Shown here in pieces: positions 36,230 through 49,841 of a stretch of 64,000 bases of DNA; positions within the stretch are counted from its first letter, which is position 1, and every line of letters begins with the position of its first letter. A model generated the notes under the pieces. The model was not told the origin of the DNA. It did not search any database and was given only the letters and a program-made list of their open reading frames with translations. The stretch is from the NCBI RefSeq assembly GCF_020745735.1, contig NW_026867509.1, positions 992,001-1,056,000 on the forward strand, given 5' to 3'. The translations under genes were made by a program, and so were the position numbers. The stretch comes from Hemiscyllium ocellatum (Eukaryota).

Positions 36230-37080
36230 TTTTCAGACATCCTTTCTAAATCCTCTCCTTTCTTTTACTACATCTTCATGACCTCTTTTTGCGTGCGCTA
36301 TCCCCTATCCTCTTTGTTCAATTTATTTCTCGACGTCGGTTTCTCACGCCCTTTCTCTCTGCGTTTATCCATTGCAATGTTGTATTATCTCCTTAAATGC
36401 GATTGAAAGCAATCTCACTTTCAAGTTTTGTTATCTTTTTTCTCTATATTCTTGTATTTCTCTCTGTCTTTACGTTTCTGCATCTCTCCACCTAACTCTG
36501 TCGATCACTTTCAGTCTCCTTTAATCTGTGTGTTTAAATCATTCTCTCCCGCTGGATGCTGCATTCCTTTTTATACTCCACTGCACGATTTCTTTCTGTT
36601 TCTTTTCTTGACTCGTCTTGTATCTTTCTTTCTCCAGTTTCTATATCATTATCTCTCATTATCTTATTTAATATCAATGTATTTATCTGTCCCTCTTCGC
36701 AAAGTTCTCCACATCTATGTCCTGTGTTTGTTCTCTATCACTCGCTGTTCCTCTCCCTCAGTGTTCTCTATTCAAGATGGCAATCCACTCTTTATACACA
36801 TATGTATTTATCTTCTCCCTTGGATATCTGTATTTCTATTTTTCTCTCTTCTGTTTTTGCTGTCCCTTTCTCCACTTTGCTTTAGGTCTGACTGGCCTTT
36901 TTGTTAACCACTGTTTCATATTACAGTTTTATGTAGTGCCTTTATCTCTCTGTTAATCTTTTTTTCCTTCTTCTTTCTCTTATCACGTGTGCCTCCACGT
37001 CTCTTCATTGCCAAATTGTGCTGTTTCTTTACATGGTTCTTGTCTTTCACTCCACATTCTGCTCTTTGGAGACGAAGTAC
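36230..37080. repeat. Pyrimidine-rich (CT/T) low-complexity tract
   Basis: About 850 bp with strong T/C bias on the + strand. Confidence 0.8.
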
Positions 37081-37456
37081 TCCGTCCAGCTCCGCTGTTT
37101 TAATGCAGCCTTCCTAGTATGTACAACATTGTGTCATGTAATGAAATAGCAGGAATTTATGTTTGCACGGAGAAAATACGAGACATGACTCTTCTGCCAA
37201 CTAAAAAAGCTGATAACTTTGGTCGTGCTGCGTGGTGTGTATACGTTTAAATGATGTGGATCACGCTGATCACTGACGGGGATGGACAGACCTCAAAATG
37301 ACACAAAACAGTAGCTAGTCCAAGCTTGTACTTCCAAATTACCTTGTTCTTCAATAACCTGGTGTTTCATGATTTGTAGATATGATTAAACGTTCAGTAT
37401 CTGCTCCACAAGGATTAGTCTCTCTCGGACAATTAATAATTTCTGCTTTGTTGCAG

Positions 37457-37790
37457 GTACCAATGGCAAAGACTCAGTTTTCCAGGATGAACACGAAATC
37501 ACAGTCTTGGAAGGACAAAATATTACATTAAACTGCAGTTTTTCGACAGCTACTGTGAGAACTGTGTTCTGCTGCGTTCAGCATTCTGTGACATTGTAAG
37601 ATATTTCATAAAAGCTTACAGAAAAGGAACGGGAGCAATGTCGCGAAATTTTCTTTGCTGTTTTGTACAAAGGAGACAAAGTGTTTCTTTTACATGTCGC
37701 TCTGGTTCTTCTCTCCAACAACACATTACATTTCAGGGCCGTGGAACCGAGATTGCTGTAAATACAAAAATGTATCTTGAGATTTCCAAC
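37457..37790 (+). pseudogene. TCR V-alpha-like pseudogene
   Basis: Acceptor ttgcag|, then GTNGKDSVFQDEHEITVLEGQNITLNCSFSTATVRTVFCCVQHS (Trp lost). Frameshifted NNTLHFRAVEP FR3 remnant; no clear RSS. Confidence 0.7.
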
Positions 37791-38242
37791 GTGCGAGGGA
37801 GGTCCCAGAGCAATAAACCGAGACAATAATGAAAACCCAAGGATGAGGGTCTCAAAATCATCAATGAAATCGGAAAAAGAGCACTGAACCAGAACATGTC
37901 AGAAAAAAAAGCGAGAAATGAGGCTTCTTTTTCATTTCACTTGCAAATACTCAAAAATAAATTTCATCAATTAATATGTGATACATTCATGCATATTTTG
38001 TCGTGATATCATCTTTAAGTACTTTTTCAATGTACTGATTATTTTCATTTCACAAAGTAGCTGTGAGTGGAGATTGTTCGTGACTAATGAAAGGAATAAT
38101 ACAATGGCTAAGTATGCGATAACAAACCCTGGCATGTCAGGTAGAGGACTTGTACATAGCAGAGTTCATGCCCTAATATCATTGAACTTGATTCGGAATC
38201 TCAAGTGCTGCAGGGTCCACAAGCAGAAAATTGTTCTTAGAG

Positions 38243-38385
38243 TCATATAGTCATAGAGATGTACAGCATGGAAACAGACCCTTCGGTCCAACCCGTCCAT
38301 GCCGAGCAGATATCCCAATTCAAATCTAGTCCCACCTACCAGCACCTGGCCCATATCCCTCCAAACCCTTCCTCTTCTTCAAACC
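38243..38385 (-). mobile_element. CR1/SINE 3'-tail fragment
   Basis: agtcatatagtcatagagatgtacagcatggaaacagacccttcggtccaac... Confidence 0.7.
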
Positions 38386-40069
38386 TGCGATGGATTTCAC
38401 TTGGGCACTGCAGCAAGCCTGAGAGAAAGATGTTGGCCAGATATTACAGTGATGTAGTTCCATTATACCTCTATAAAGTACAGAATTGTACTGAATTGCG
38501 CCCACTTGCAATACGCAGCAAGATTATATTCGACCTGACATTTTGAGCAATTACAGAACAAGTGTTCATTACATCATTTACATTTGATTAGAATATATTG
38601 CATTGCCTGAATATTAATCATGCAAACTGCTCAGGATTACATTCTCTTCCAATACTGGAAATTACCGTCTAATGATTTCGGTGTAATATGAAATAATCTC
38701 CACTACCACTGAGGTCGACATTTTTAAGCGCAGCTTTCGTGATAATATCTAAGGAAATTATTGACGATCTGATTTTTTAACACTTAAAGATTATGTAGTG
38801 ATAATTTAAGTCAGTTGGATAATTCTTTGCAATTTCCCACAGGCAAATAGCTGGTGATCAGCATACTCTTACAATCAACCTCTTTGTTGGAGGATGTTGC
38901 AGACTATATCGGTGCACCACCTATTGTTTGAGGGACTTGCTTGCAATCATCACTGGGTATATCCTTGTTGGAGAAATATCTGTGCCCCTGCCCACCCACA
39001 GCATGACAACAAACAAACTCAAAAGCAAGACTGCGAAACAAGGAGATCAAGCCTGCTAACATACACAAAACACACCCACAATACCCCAGTCTTGGCTAAG
39101 CAGGCTAACAAAGAAACCAAAAATGGCCAAGCTACTCCCAGACCAGAGAATGCAGTTCCCAAACAGCCTTCACAGTAAGCTCCAAGCCCGATTAGCACTG
39201 CAGTCCAATACCCTAATGGCAGGTTCATTTCCCATTGAAACCAATACCGCAAAAATAAAGAGGCAGATCGAGAGGACTCAACAGACTTCACTCGCAGGAG
39301 GAGCACAATGGACAAACCAGGAAACCAGGAGAATGAGCGTTTACACATATTCGTGCAGATGGGAAATACAATGAAGAATCCTCTAGAAAACATTCTCACC
39401 CATTCACGGAGATGGCTCAAATCGCTTGTGTCCATTACAAATGAATTGCTACTGCCAAACGCTTGATTAGTTTCCATTCACTTTATTCTTGTTTTAATCG
39501 CTTTACAATTTTTAGGATTGTCCTGTAACTGCTTTACAATTCCCACCTTTGTGTTATAACCAGAGATAAAGCCGTCTGCACCTTCCATTTGGGGAAGAGC
39601 ATTCTGGTCATCTGTGCAGACAATCAATTCAGTGTCAGCCTCGACAATTTCTTTTCTGTGATATTGGTTTGTTTAATAAACTGCTTGTCAATTTAACCAC
39701 GATCCTCATTTGTGGTCTCTGATTCATTAGGCTGAATTTCTCCAACAATCCTGAATCAGATCGGTGATATTTGCTTCCATCATAGTGCCCTTTCCTCCAC
39801 AACTGCCTCTGCACAGAACACTGTGATGATCTATGACAGCCTAGATAGCTCAGTCTGGCTGATTGAGGCTTTCGGCATCGACCATTCTTTGGCCATCTGC
39901 TGCCTGAGTCTGAAGAGCAAGTACTGTACCGGGGAAATTGCATCATGGTTCAACATAGTGGTTTGTGTCCTGAGCTTTGTCGAAAACTTGCACCCCAAAT
40001 CATCTATTGCACTTGTACATTGTGAATGGAATGTCCTGATTCTGTGACTCAGAGAAACATGCGATAACT

Positions 40070-42334
40070 CAACGTCATGGAGGTCTTATGACTGGCCTCA
40101 AAATATGCTGATCAATGAGGACGTCCTTGAGGAATGATTGGTAAACTGTCTGCATGAGGAGCAAAGAACGCTGTTGGAAGGTTTTTTCAAAGCACTGTGT
40201 GGACTTATGCAGCAATAAAATGTGGAGGACTAATGTAGACTTAGGGTATACCATTCCGATAAAACAACACGCATATTGGCTTAATCCTTTCACTGCCAGA
40301 CAGGTCCAGAATGAATTCGAAGCCCTGCTCAATGAAGATATCTCTGAGCCAAGTCAAAGCAAGTGGATATCACCGATCGTCTTAGTTCCAAAACCTGATG
40401 GGATTCGACGATTTTGTGTGGATTATCAGAAGGTCAATGCCATAACAAAATCACACTCGACACAATACCTAGATTGGAGGACTGTATAGAGAACTTTGAA
40501 TAAGCCAATTACATCACTAAATTGGATTTCCTGCGTGGTTACTAGCAGGTAACTTTATCAGAGAAGGTAAAAGACATTTCTGTGTTTGTAATCCCAAACG
40601 TGCTGTAACAATTCAAAGTGATACGCTTTTTGAATGAAGAACGCATCCACCAACATTCCAAAGTCTCATGAACAGTGTTCTGCTCACGATCTGTGCAGTC
40701 TATTTGGACTATGAAGTGCTGGGAAGATCACGTGGTAAAGCTGGCAGAGCTCTTTATTGATTAAGAGTAACAAAACTAGTAATGAACTTAAATAAAACTG
40801 AATTCGTGAAAGTAAAGGTGACGTTCTTGGGACATAACATGGGGCATGGAAGGATGACACCAAGGAACGCAAAGATGAAGGCCATTGAGGAATCTCCAAG
40901 ACCAAGTTGGAAGAAATAGTTGTTTTAATTTCGAGGCTAAGCAGATCCTATCGGAAGTTTGTTCCAAACTTCAGCAGCATAGTGGCTCCTTTAACAGATC
41001 TTCTGAAGAAAAACACAAAATTTCGGTGGACAGATCGATGCCAGGAGACGTTTGTCGATTTAGCAGTAATGAGCTGAAAATGCATTGCTGGTAAAACACA
41101 GCAGGTTAGGCAGCTTCCAAGGAACAGGAAATTCGACGTTTCGGGCCAGAGCCCTTCATCAGGAATCATCAGCTCGGATCTCCAGCATCTGCAGACCTCA
41201 CTTTTTACTCGAAGATTTAACAGTAATGTTAAGAAACGCACCAGTTTTAGCGACACCAAACTTTTGGAAACCGTTCAAAGTTGCCATCGATGCTAGTGAC
41301 ATTAAGAGTTCGAGCAGTGCTGCTGCAGGAAAATGATGATTGGCACTTTGCAAAGAAACTCAAAGTCTACCAGAGAAAATACCTACGATCGAAAAAGAAC
41401 GACTGAGTTTGTTACGGGCCATACCATTTTAATGTTTATGTCATGAATAATGCGATGGAGCGAGTTGGATCCGGGGATCACAATCCTCTTCTATTCTTGG
41501 GGCGTTTTAAAGACAAGAATATGAGACTGTTTCGTGGAGTCTTATCTTAATTACTTTCAATTCACAAATCGTGCATGTTGCCGGTCATAAGAATGTAATA
41601 GCAGGTGTGTTATCGTAGATTTAACTGACAAAGTGAGATGTGTTTGGTACATACTCAATGATATATATGGGAGAATGTTAATATGAACTTAGATTAAAGT
41701 CATGTTTATGTCATGGGAAAGTGGTTATACTAAGTAGATTTGTTATACAACAGATTCGAATTTGACCAATCAGTTTAAATTATGCCCCAAGATAACTGAA
41801 TTCAATCGAAAGTGAATTTGGCACTTTTGACAGCATTCAACCAATGAGACGATCCGATGTGTTGGGATATAAAAATCGGATATTCTGAACAGTTAGCCAG
41901 AGCAGCAAAGAGCGCCAACAAACAAAGACTGCCCACACAAAAATTTTCTGCAAGGTACCTCTTCATGTGAAGTCTGTGAAGCAGAAGACTGAATAAAAGA
42001 CCTAGCAAAATGGAGAGGAAGATACAGAGGAGAATCGAAACAGCTGACTGGTTTTGAAGTTTGAACTTTTTGTAAAACCTAATTGGGGGTTTTATCGTAT
42101 TGGTATATTGTTGGAGAGTGAGAGGTCGAAAAATCAATGGGATATAGAAGGCTGACAGAGTAGGTAGTTATTTTTTCACGTTCTGTTTTATTTCTTGGAG
42201 TTAAAGGATTTTTTTGTTGAAGTAGTGGGATTTGGTAGTTCTTCGTCACACATACTTTTACAGATTACAAGGCAAGGAGAGTTTTTCTAACGGTCTGGAG
42301 TAATTTGGCAGAAGGGTTTACCCTGTGCGTCACA
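40070..42334 (+). mobile_element. Second Gmr1/Gypsy relic: RT, RNase H and 3' LTR-like segment
   Basis: IPIKQHAYWLNP...WISPIVLVPKPDGIRRFCVDYQKVN and LRNAPVLATPNFWKPFKVAIDASDI. Homologous to 13130-14340. It ends in ...gtcaca at 42334, where the GPCR sequence resumes; CCAAT and TATA-like motifs lie at 41760-41880. Confidence 0.85.
41072..41213 (-). mobile_element. Hammerhead-bearing short element with a 15-bp target-site duplication
   Basis: attc-CTGATGA-A-GGGCtctgGCCC-GAAACGTC-gaat (41131-41166, - strand). Flanked by GATTTAGCAGTAATG (41057-41071) and GATTTAACAGTAATG (41214-41228). Confidence 0.8.
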
Positions 42335-43339
42335 ATCCATTGTCCTGCTGTTCAGCATATTGCTGGGCTTCCTCATTCTATGGGTTATATCTGCTGCCCG
42401 ATTTTTGGTGAGGCCTGCTTCAGCGACATGGGTTTTACTAACACAGAGTTCATTCCCAAAAAGTGAACTATGTTCAGTTGATATTCAGTTTCCGCAGCCA
42501 TGTCTTCATTTATATATTATTCCAGAACAAGCTCCCAGACGAGCTCAAGAACGTGTTGGTGTCTCTCTGCACATCTCTCACTCGTTGCAAATACTTTTGG
42601 GTTGTTGTTTTCCTTCCAACAGATGGGCTCAGTGAGTAACGCGCTCTCTATATAGCTCCCTTAATACTGAATAATTTTGTGCGTCCTTACTTCTCTCCTG
42701 GAGATATGAACAGTCAATTTTACAACCCGGATATCCATTGTTGTCAAAGCCATCAGAATATGAGACAACCAGAAGTAGTGTGTTTTTGGAAGAGATGCAA
42801 GTGATCAACATTTAAGATTTCTAATGATATGAGCCATTTGATTGGATATTCATGTCTTTCTCTCCTTCCCTCTCAGTCTCTATTCTTGTGTGACTCCCTG
42901 TCTTCGTCTCCCTCGTTTATGTCTCAGGGCCATTGTGTTCATCGTTTTTGAATCTCAAGCGTTTTCTTTAGCTTTGTTGAACAAATCATTGTGTCCTCAA
43001 TAAAGATATAGGTAGTTTTCGTGCCATCTGTAGATCGTAGAGTCCGTGCCACTCTCCATAAATATCAGACTTCGTTTCACAGTAGCAGCAGCTCCAGGCA
43101 ATTCACAACCATCCACCACCGCCTCCACCAACCCCCAAAAGCACCTGAAGACGTCCTCCATCTTTTGTGCACTGCAAAAAAAATTTCGTGATTCTTTTAC
43201 TTTACGTTCCCTTTAATGTTATACAAGGCAGTCAGAAATTAGGTTCTGCATGGAATTTACACCATTAACTAGGTCATACATTTGCCTGATATTTCTCTCC
43301 TGCTGTGTATACTCCTAATCGAAGAATCACTACAGTTTG

Positions 43340-43685
43340 AAGCATGCCATCTGGCCCATCGAGGATACGCCAAACCTCCGAAGGGCATCCCATAACCCAC
43401 ACCCACTGCTTCTCCATTGAATCGTATATGTCCCAATGGCTAACGCTATCCACGTAGCCCACACACCCCCAGGCACTATGGCAATTTACTTTAGCCAATC
43501 CACCAAACATGCACAACTTTGAAATGTGGGAGGAGACCAGACTGCTTGGAAGAAAGCCACACAGATACAGAGAGAATGGACAAACTCCACGCAGACAGTC
43601 GCCTACAGATGGAATCAATGGAATCAAGCCCAGGCCACTGTGGTACTGTGAGGCTGCAGTGCTAAGCACTGAGCCAAAAACCACC
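43340..43685 (-). mobile_element. HE1-like SINE
   Basis: Minus strand reads ggtggtttttggctcagtgcttagcactgcagcctcacag...gtggagtttgtccattctc...gctaaagtaaattgcc. Confidence 0.8.
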
Positions 43686-46600
43686 CAACTGCAACATCTT
43701 TACCTGTTCCATTACGTTGGCAGCAACGTCTATCTTTAATCAGTTTATATTATTGTGAAACTCCTACATTATCAGAACTTAGCTGGAAAATATTTGTCTC
43801 TGTTTTGTATGGGACATCGATTTCAACGAAACTGCATAATAGGCGGGAGAACGTGAATTTTCATGCAGTGAGCTTTTTCGCTCTGGAATATATGAGCAAA
43901 TGTTTCGTCGATAGGAATAGTAAAAAAAAGGCTTTCAATTATAATTGATTAGCATGTGCAAAGAAGAGGTTAACGGGGCCAACTCTGTATAATATATGAT
44001 GGATAGTAAACCATTCAGTTATAATTTGAAACAGTAGATACATAGAATTACAGAAAATAGTCATAGGAGTAGATCATTCAGCTCCTCGAGCCTGTTCCAC
44101 TATTCAGCGTGGTTCTGACTGGTCATGGAGGTGAATGCAATGCACTCATCTCGCCCTCCTCCCATATCCCTTGATCCCTTCAGAGACAAAAACGAATCTC
44201 AATCGACCAAAGGAGAGAGTGTGAGAGATAACGAGATTATCTACGTGAGAGAAAGGTAGTGAGATTGTGCAAGAAAGAGAGAGAGTAGGCAGAATATGGA
44301 GGGCCGAATGGTCTCTGGACTGTTCTTTGCAAATATCTCCTTCCATGTGCAGCTATGTCTTTTAGTGCGGAGAGAATACTGGGAGATGTTGCAATTCCTC
44401 GTGTCAGTTGATGTCTGTAAATTTCACCATTTCTCAAGGTGAGCCGTTGATGTTGAACACTAATGGTAATTACCTTTGCTGATTCTTCAGTTTGTGAATT
44501 TTAACATTCCAACTCGTGTCAAAAGGCACAAATGGCAGGATGAAAAGTAATATCCAGCATGCTCACTGGTGCAAAAGATAGTGTGCCTCATTCTGTATCC
44601 GGCAATTGTGTGCTTGATCTTCACGTGCCTCCAATGTATTTTGAAAATTCAGTGTTCATCACGTGTCAACTAAATGGCTTTTCTTGTCCTACTAAAAACT
44701 CCACTAGTGAAAGGCTAACGTGAAATGCCGTTGTAGGATTCAAATACATGCAAGGAGGATATTGCTGTCGCTTTCACATTGTAGCCACCATCAACAAATG
44801 GACGCTGATAAAGTTCGTCAGAGATAATGCAATGATCCCACCAGCGAAAAAGGAGACTCAACCAGGGCTGGCCCCGCTAAAATTCGAAAGATTCTCTGCA
44901 ATACCGCTCCCTCTCGTTCATCCCAACATCGAGATATTAATACAGTGAGGTTGAAAGACGAAGAGAAGTACCTGGCCTTCTGTATTTCGAGAAAGACGTC
45001 CACCGATTAACACATTTTTGGCTGTTAACATAGGAAAAAGAAACAACATTTTATTTTTGTTACTTCTCCGCTGAATGAGGGCGTCGCTGGTAAGGCCATG
45101 TTTATTCTCCATCCCTAACGGAGGTTACTAAAGAGTCAACCATATTGCTGTGGGTCTGGAGACACATGTAGACCAGACCAGGTGTGGATGGCAGTTTCTT
45201 TCCCAAAACGATATCAGTGTACTGGGTGGGCTTTTAAGACAATCGACAATGGATTCGTAATCATCACGAGATTATTAACTCCAGCATTTTAAAATTAAAT
45301 TCAAATTCTACCGTCTGCCAGGGGGTACATACTTTGTGCCCAGATATTTCACTGGATCTCTATATTAACAGTCCAGTAGTGAAGCCACGACGTGGTCTCA
45401 TCCTCGCCTCCACCTACATTCCCTGATGAAGTTCAATCCTGTAATGCAGGAGTGGAATCAGCGTACAACAGCAGATTTCGGAGTGACTGTGTTATGTCTG
45501 AAACTAGCCCTCAGTTTAGGATGGAGAAACATGATTCATAAGTAACTGTTCCAGGTTGCATATTGTCCTTCCAAAAGAATGAGAGTCGACTGGAAAATTT
45601 GGTCAATAACAACGGCAAATACTGAAGAAAATGGTTCATGACTGACAGCATCCTAATGAGGAAGAATGATGCCACTAAGGAGTTAAACCAACAATGTTTA
45701 AGTCAGAAAGCTAAAGATAAAAAGTACATTTGAAACGTACATGGAGAGAGGTTAAGTTGTAAGAAAGAGGATTGGAAAGACATGTTGAAAATACAATGGA
45801 AAAGGGAGGTAGACTGCAATGAGGTAACAAACCCCCATCTAATTCTTTAACAAGTTCATGATCTTGCTGTATGAGGTTAATGTGTTGAATATGGAAGGTG
45901 GATACAAAGACCAGACAAACTCATCATGCTGTACGTCTCTCAGATACAGAGGCTCCTTTAAAACAGCACTTCACTGATGATGAGAGCTCAATGCAGCCTT
46001 TACACCCAGCCAATGGTTCCTCAGAGATCTGAACACAATACAGTAATGCATATATGTCACATTTCGATGAATGAAAATGAAGTGAACAGACTCTGTTGTT
46101 TGATGAATTAGATCAGATGAGGAAATTGGGATCAGTGATCTTAAGGTGAAGTAGAAATAAGAAATCTTGTCATCACGATTTTTAAAAAATGCAACTGAGT
46201 AAACACAAGCGTAGTCGTTACTTTTCAGAACTGTAATCTTCACTCAACACAAAGGCATTAAAGCTATCGAAGAACCAGGAACTGGAACATACTCGCCAAA
46301 GCACACTCACCCTGCCGAATTTGAATCTTGTTATGATTCTTGCACAGTAGCCAAGTCAAAATCCTGGCTCTCCCTTCTTCGTAAATTTGCGATGTTACCA
46401 GATTGGCGTTTGGTAACGTCGTGATAATATCACCGGCCATGCAATCCAGTTGCTTACATTTGGTCTTAGAGGTCATGGACACACCTTTACATCTGAAGGT
46501 GTTTGATCTCATATTCTCAGACTTTGGAGTTGAAGGCTAGTGTCTGGAAATAACTGTGAAATTCTCATTTGTATGCTTTTGCCAATGGCATATGCAACTG

Positions 46601-46859
46601 CACTGAATTCCTTGTTCCGTTACTCAAACCATCTTGCAATGAAGTCAAAAATGTGGACATACCAGATTAGGTTCCGTAATCCAAATATATATGAATTCTG
46701 ATTACGCGGGGTTGCCCATCTGTGAAACAAACAATTCTTCTTACATTTTGCCAAGTTAATCTATTAGCGAGTCAATGGTTAAGAGAGTAAGGCAGAAAGT
46801 TGGATTTTTAGATCTTGAAATCATTCATAATCCCAACGAAAACCAAAGTCCCAATGAAC

Positions 46860-47145
46860 TGAATGGGCAACCTCTGCTCCTACATCTATTGCACTCTGAT
46901 GATTATTGATAAAATTTTATTCGATAATCATTGTCATGAAAAGTTAACTCTCTCCAGAGTTCTGCCACTGATTTTACATGTGAATGTATCGAATTCATGC
47001 CACTCCTGCCCTCTGATAGCAGCCAGTTACGATATTTTTCACTATGTTCAGAAAATGAACAATTTTGCGTTTGAGAATCATAAAGATATACTATAAGGAA
47101 AGACAGCCTTTGGCCCAATTCATCCACGACAACCAGATATCTCAA
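46860..47145 (-). pseudogene. Possible very degenerate TCR V pseudogene
   Basis: DELGQRLSFLIVYLYDSQTQNCSFSEHSEKYRNW has V-like spacing (Gln to Cys 17 residues, Cys to Trp 12), then a frameshifted YQRAG. The 3' end and RSS were not recognisable. Confidence 0.3.
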
Positions 47146-47559
47146 ACGAATCTACTTCCACTTAAGCTATCCGTGCAGTTGCCTATTATAAACTTACATG
47201 GCTGTTCTTTTTATCAACAGGTTTCACTTCTTCTATCACAAAAGAGTTATTTGGACTGTGCAGAATGTACTCAGTACTAAGAGATGCCAAGTCCCAAGTG
47301 TGTCCTTTAATCTGCAGAAGCGATTTCACGAGACTCGAATATGCAGAATCTGGAATATCTCCTCAGTGAGTGCATTTCAAAATAGGATTCTTCTTTTCTT
47401 CAATTGTCACCATTGATCTTTCTGGAACTTAAATGTCCGGAAGTGAACTGCTGGCAAAGAATGAAAACTTTAAAAGAAGGATGAAAAATGTTCATTGCCA
47501 TCCAGACTTATAGCAGATGATTCATGTCACTGAGATTTCCACTGGCAGCTCTGACTCAC

Positions 47560-49265
47560 AAACCAGTCATCACGATGTGCAATCTGAGGACATGGGAAAG
47601 CATTCGTTGAATACTTTTTGACAGTACTCACATTGGAAAAGCGCAATATGAGTGAGAATTTGATGATACAGGATACTAGATTAGATGAGTTCGCAGTTGG
47701 CAAAGAGGCGGTTTTAACAATTTTTGAAGATCTTAAAATAGATAAGGCCACTGGGCGAGATGGGATTTATTATCAGATACTGTGGCAAGTCATGGAGAAT
47801 AAGGTCTAGCCTTTGGCTTTCACCTTGATGTCATCATTGTCAACAGGAGTAGTGCCAGAAGACTGGAGGATATCAAATGTTGTTCCATTATTTGAGAAGG
47901 AGGGGGTCGGGCCATCGTTGGAAATTATAGCCAGTAAGCTTTATTTTGGATGTGGGTAAGGAGTTGGCAAAGGTTACAAGAGATAGGATTTGTAATCATC
48001 TGGAAAGCAACAAGTTGACTAACGATAGTCAACGCGGTTATCTGAAGGGTAGGTTGCACCAAACAAACCTTACTGAGTTCTTAAAACGGTGACAAAGAAG
48101 GTGGATGAAGTAAAGCGGTTGATGTGGTGTATGTGGACTGAAGTAAGGCGTTTGATAAGATTCCACATGGTAGGCTACCGCACAAGTGCGGACTTTAGGG
48201 ACTGATGTTGATTTAGAGATTTGGATCAGGCATTGGCGAGCTGAGAGAAGACAGAAGGTGGTAGTTGATGCAAAATATTCATCCTGCAACTCAGTTTCCA
48301 GTGGGGTGCTGCAAGGATCAGTTTTGGGCCAATGCTGTTTGTCATTTTTATAAATGATCTGGATGTGGGCATGGAAGCATGACAGTAAGGTAGGCAAAGT
48401 TGTGCATAGTGCCGAAGGATATTGTGGGTTGCAAAGAAACACAGGGAAGATGCAGAGCTGGACTGAGAATTGGTAAATGGAAGATAATGCGAAAAGGTGT
48501 GAGGTTGTTCACTTCAGAAGGAGTAACAGGATTGCAAAGTACTGGACTAATAGTAAAACTCTTGGCAGTGCCGATGCACAGAGGGGTCTCGATATCCAGG
48601 TGCATAAATCCCTGCAAGTTGTGACCCAGGTTGTTAGCGCTGTTAAGAAGCCATACGGTGTGTTGGCGTTTATTGGTCAGGAAACTGAGTTTCGGGGCCA
48701 CGAGGTCATGATTCAGCTATTCAAGACACTGGTAAGGTCGCACCTGGAATATTGTGTGCAGTTCTGGTCACTGCATTGTAAGAAGGACGTGAAAGCTTTG
48801 GAAAGGGTTCAGAGGAGATTTACTAGGATGTTGCCTGGTTTGGAAGGAAGGTCTTACGAGGAAAGCCTGAGGGAACTGAGGCTGATTTCGCTGGAGACAA
48901 GAAGGTTGAGAGCTGAAATAATCGAGATGTGTAAGATAATCAGAGGCTAAGATAAGGTGGACAGTGAGAGAGCCTTTTTCCTCCGATGGTGAAGGCGAAT
49001 ACAAGGTTGCATGGCTTCAAATTGAGGGGTGATAGATTTAGGACAGATGTCAGAAACAGTTTCTTTGCCTAGAGATTAGAAGGGGCGTGGAACGGCCTGC
49101 CTGCAACAGGACTTAATCTTGCAGATATTAATGGCATTTACATGGCATTGAACATGCATGTGGATAATAATGCAATGGTGTAGGTTTGATGTGCATCAGA
49201 TTAATTTCACGTGTGGGTGCAAAATCGAAGGCCGAAAGGCCTGTACTACGCTATAACGTTCTATG
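47560..49265 (+). mobile_element. Decayed CR1 RT fragment with 3' tail
   Basis: KIDKATGRDGIY, RSHLEYCVQFWSLHCKKDVKALERVQRRFTRMLPG, tail ctataacgttctatgttcta. Confidence 0.9.
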
Positions 49266-49841
49266 TTCTATATTCTGCATGTTTTTGATTGGTTATTGTT
49301 GTTCAGGTGTGTTTTAGAACTCGCTTTCTTGTTGATATGCTGACCAGGTCTGCATGATACTGTGTCGCCGATCCTCTCATTCACCATTCTGGAGTTGCAA
49401 ATATGGAAGTACGGGGCAGGACTGAGTAACCTGCAATTTGGTTGACGTTGTTCTCGTTGCACGAATGTTTGATTCTGAGAAACATGTGCCAGGTTATTGT
49501 CTTTCAAACGAGTTCTACAATTCCTTATGTCGCTAAAGGATGCTCTTCAACCTGCGTTTTCGACACCACAACGTCACTGAAGCATTGAAATAGCTTGGGA
49601 CATATCAAAAGGCACAAAATACATTATTTGTATATCATTCATTGAACTAACGACGTTAGCTCATTTTAATAGGAGGTTATTAATGATTAAAGCTTTGTCT
49701 TCGAAGGAGTTAGATGATGCCAACGTGAATTCGGGTACCACCGCACATCTGCCCTTCATTTCACAGTTTCATTGACATGCTATCAGGTTCAGTGGCCCTC
49801 TGACAGTTTTGTACTGGGTCGGCCACGTCTGAGTATCTGTG

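Larger units (their letters stand above)
38843..42634 (+). pseudogene. GPR139/GPR142-like GPCR pseudogene 2, interrupted by inserted DNA
   Basis: 5' piece from the acceptor at 38842: (A)K*LVISILL...DLLAIITGYIL (to about 39000). 3' piece from 42335: SIVLLFSILLGFLILWVISAARFL...VQLIFSFRSHVFIYILFQNKLPDELKNVL. TM3-TM5 were not found. Confidence 0.75.

Noticed and set aside
36428-36956. 159-aa and overlapping Phe/Leu/Ser-rich ORFs
   Set aside because: Artefacts of the pyrimidine-rich low-complexity tract.
37730-37770. HITFQGRGTEIAVN as a germline-joined J in the pseudo-V
   Set aside because: Another frame gives the V FR3 remnant NTLHFRAVEP, so the J-like look is an out-of-frame coincidence.
45971-46243. 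ITVLKSNDYACVYS as a V N-terminus
   Set aside because: No FR2 Trp, second Cys or RSS.
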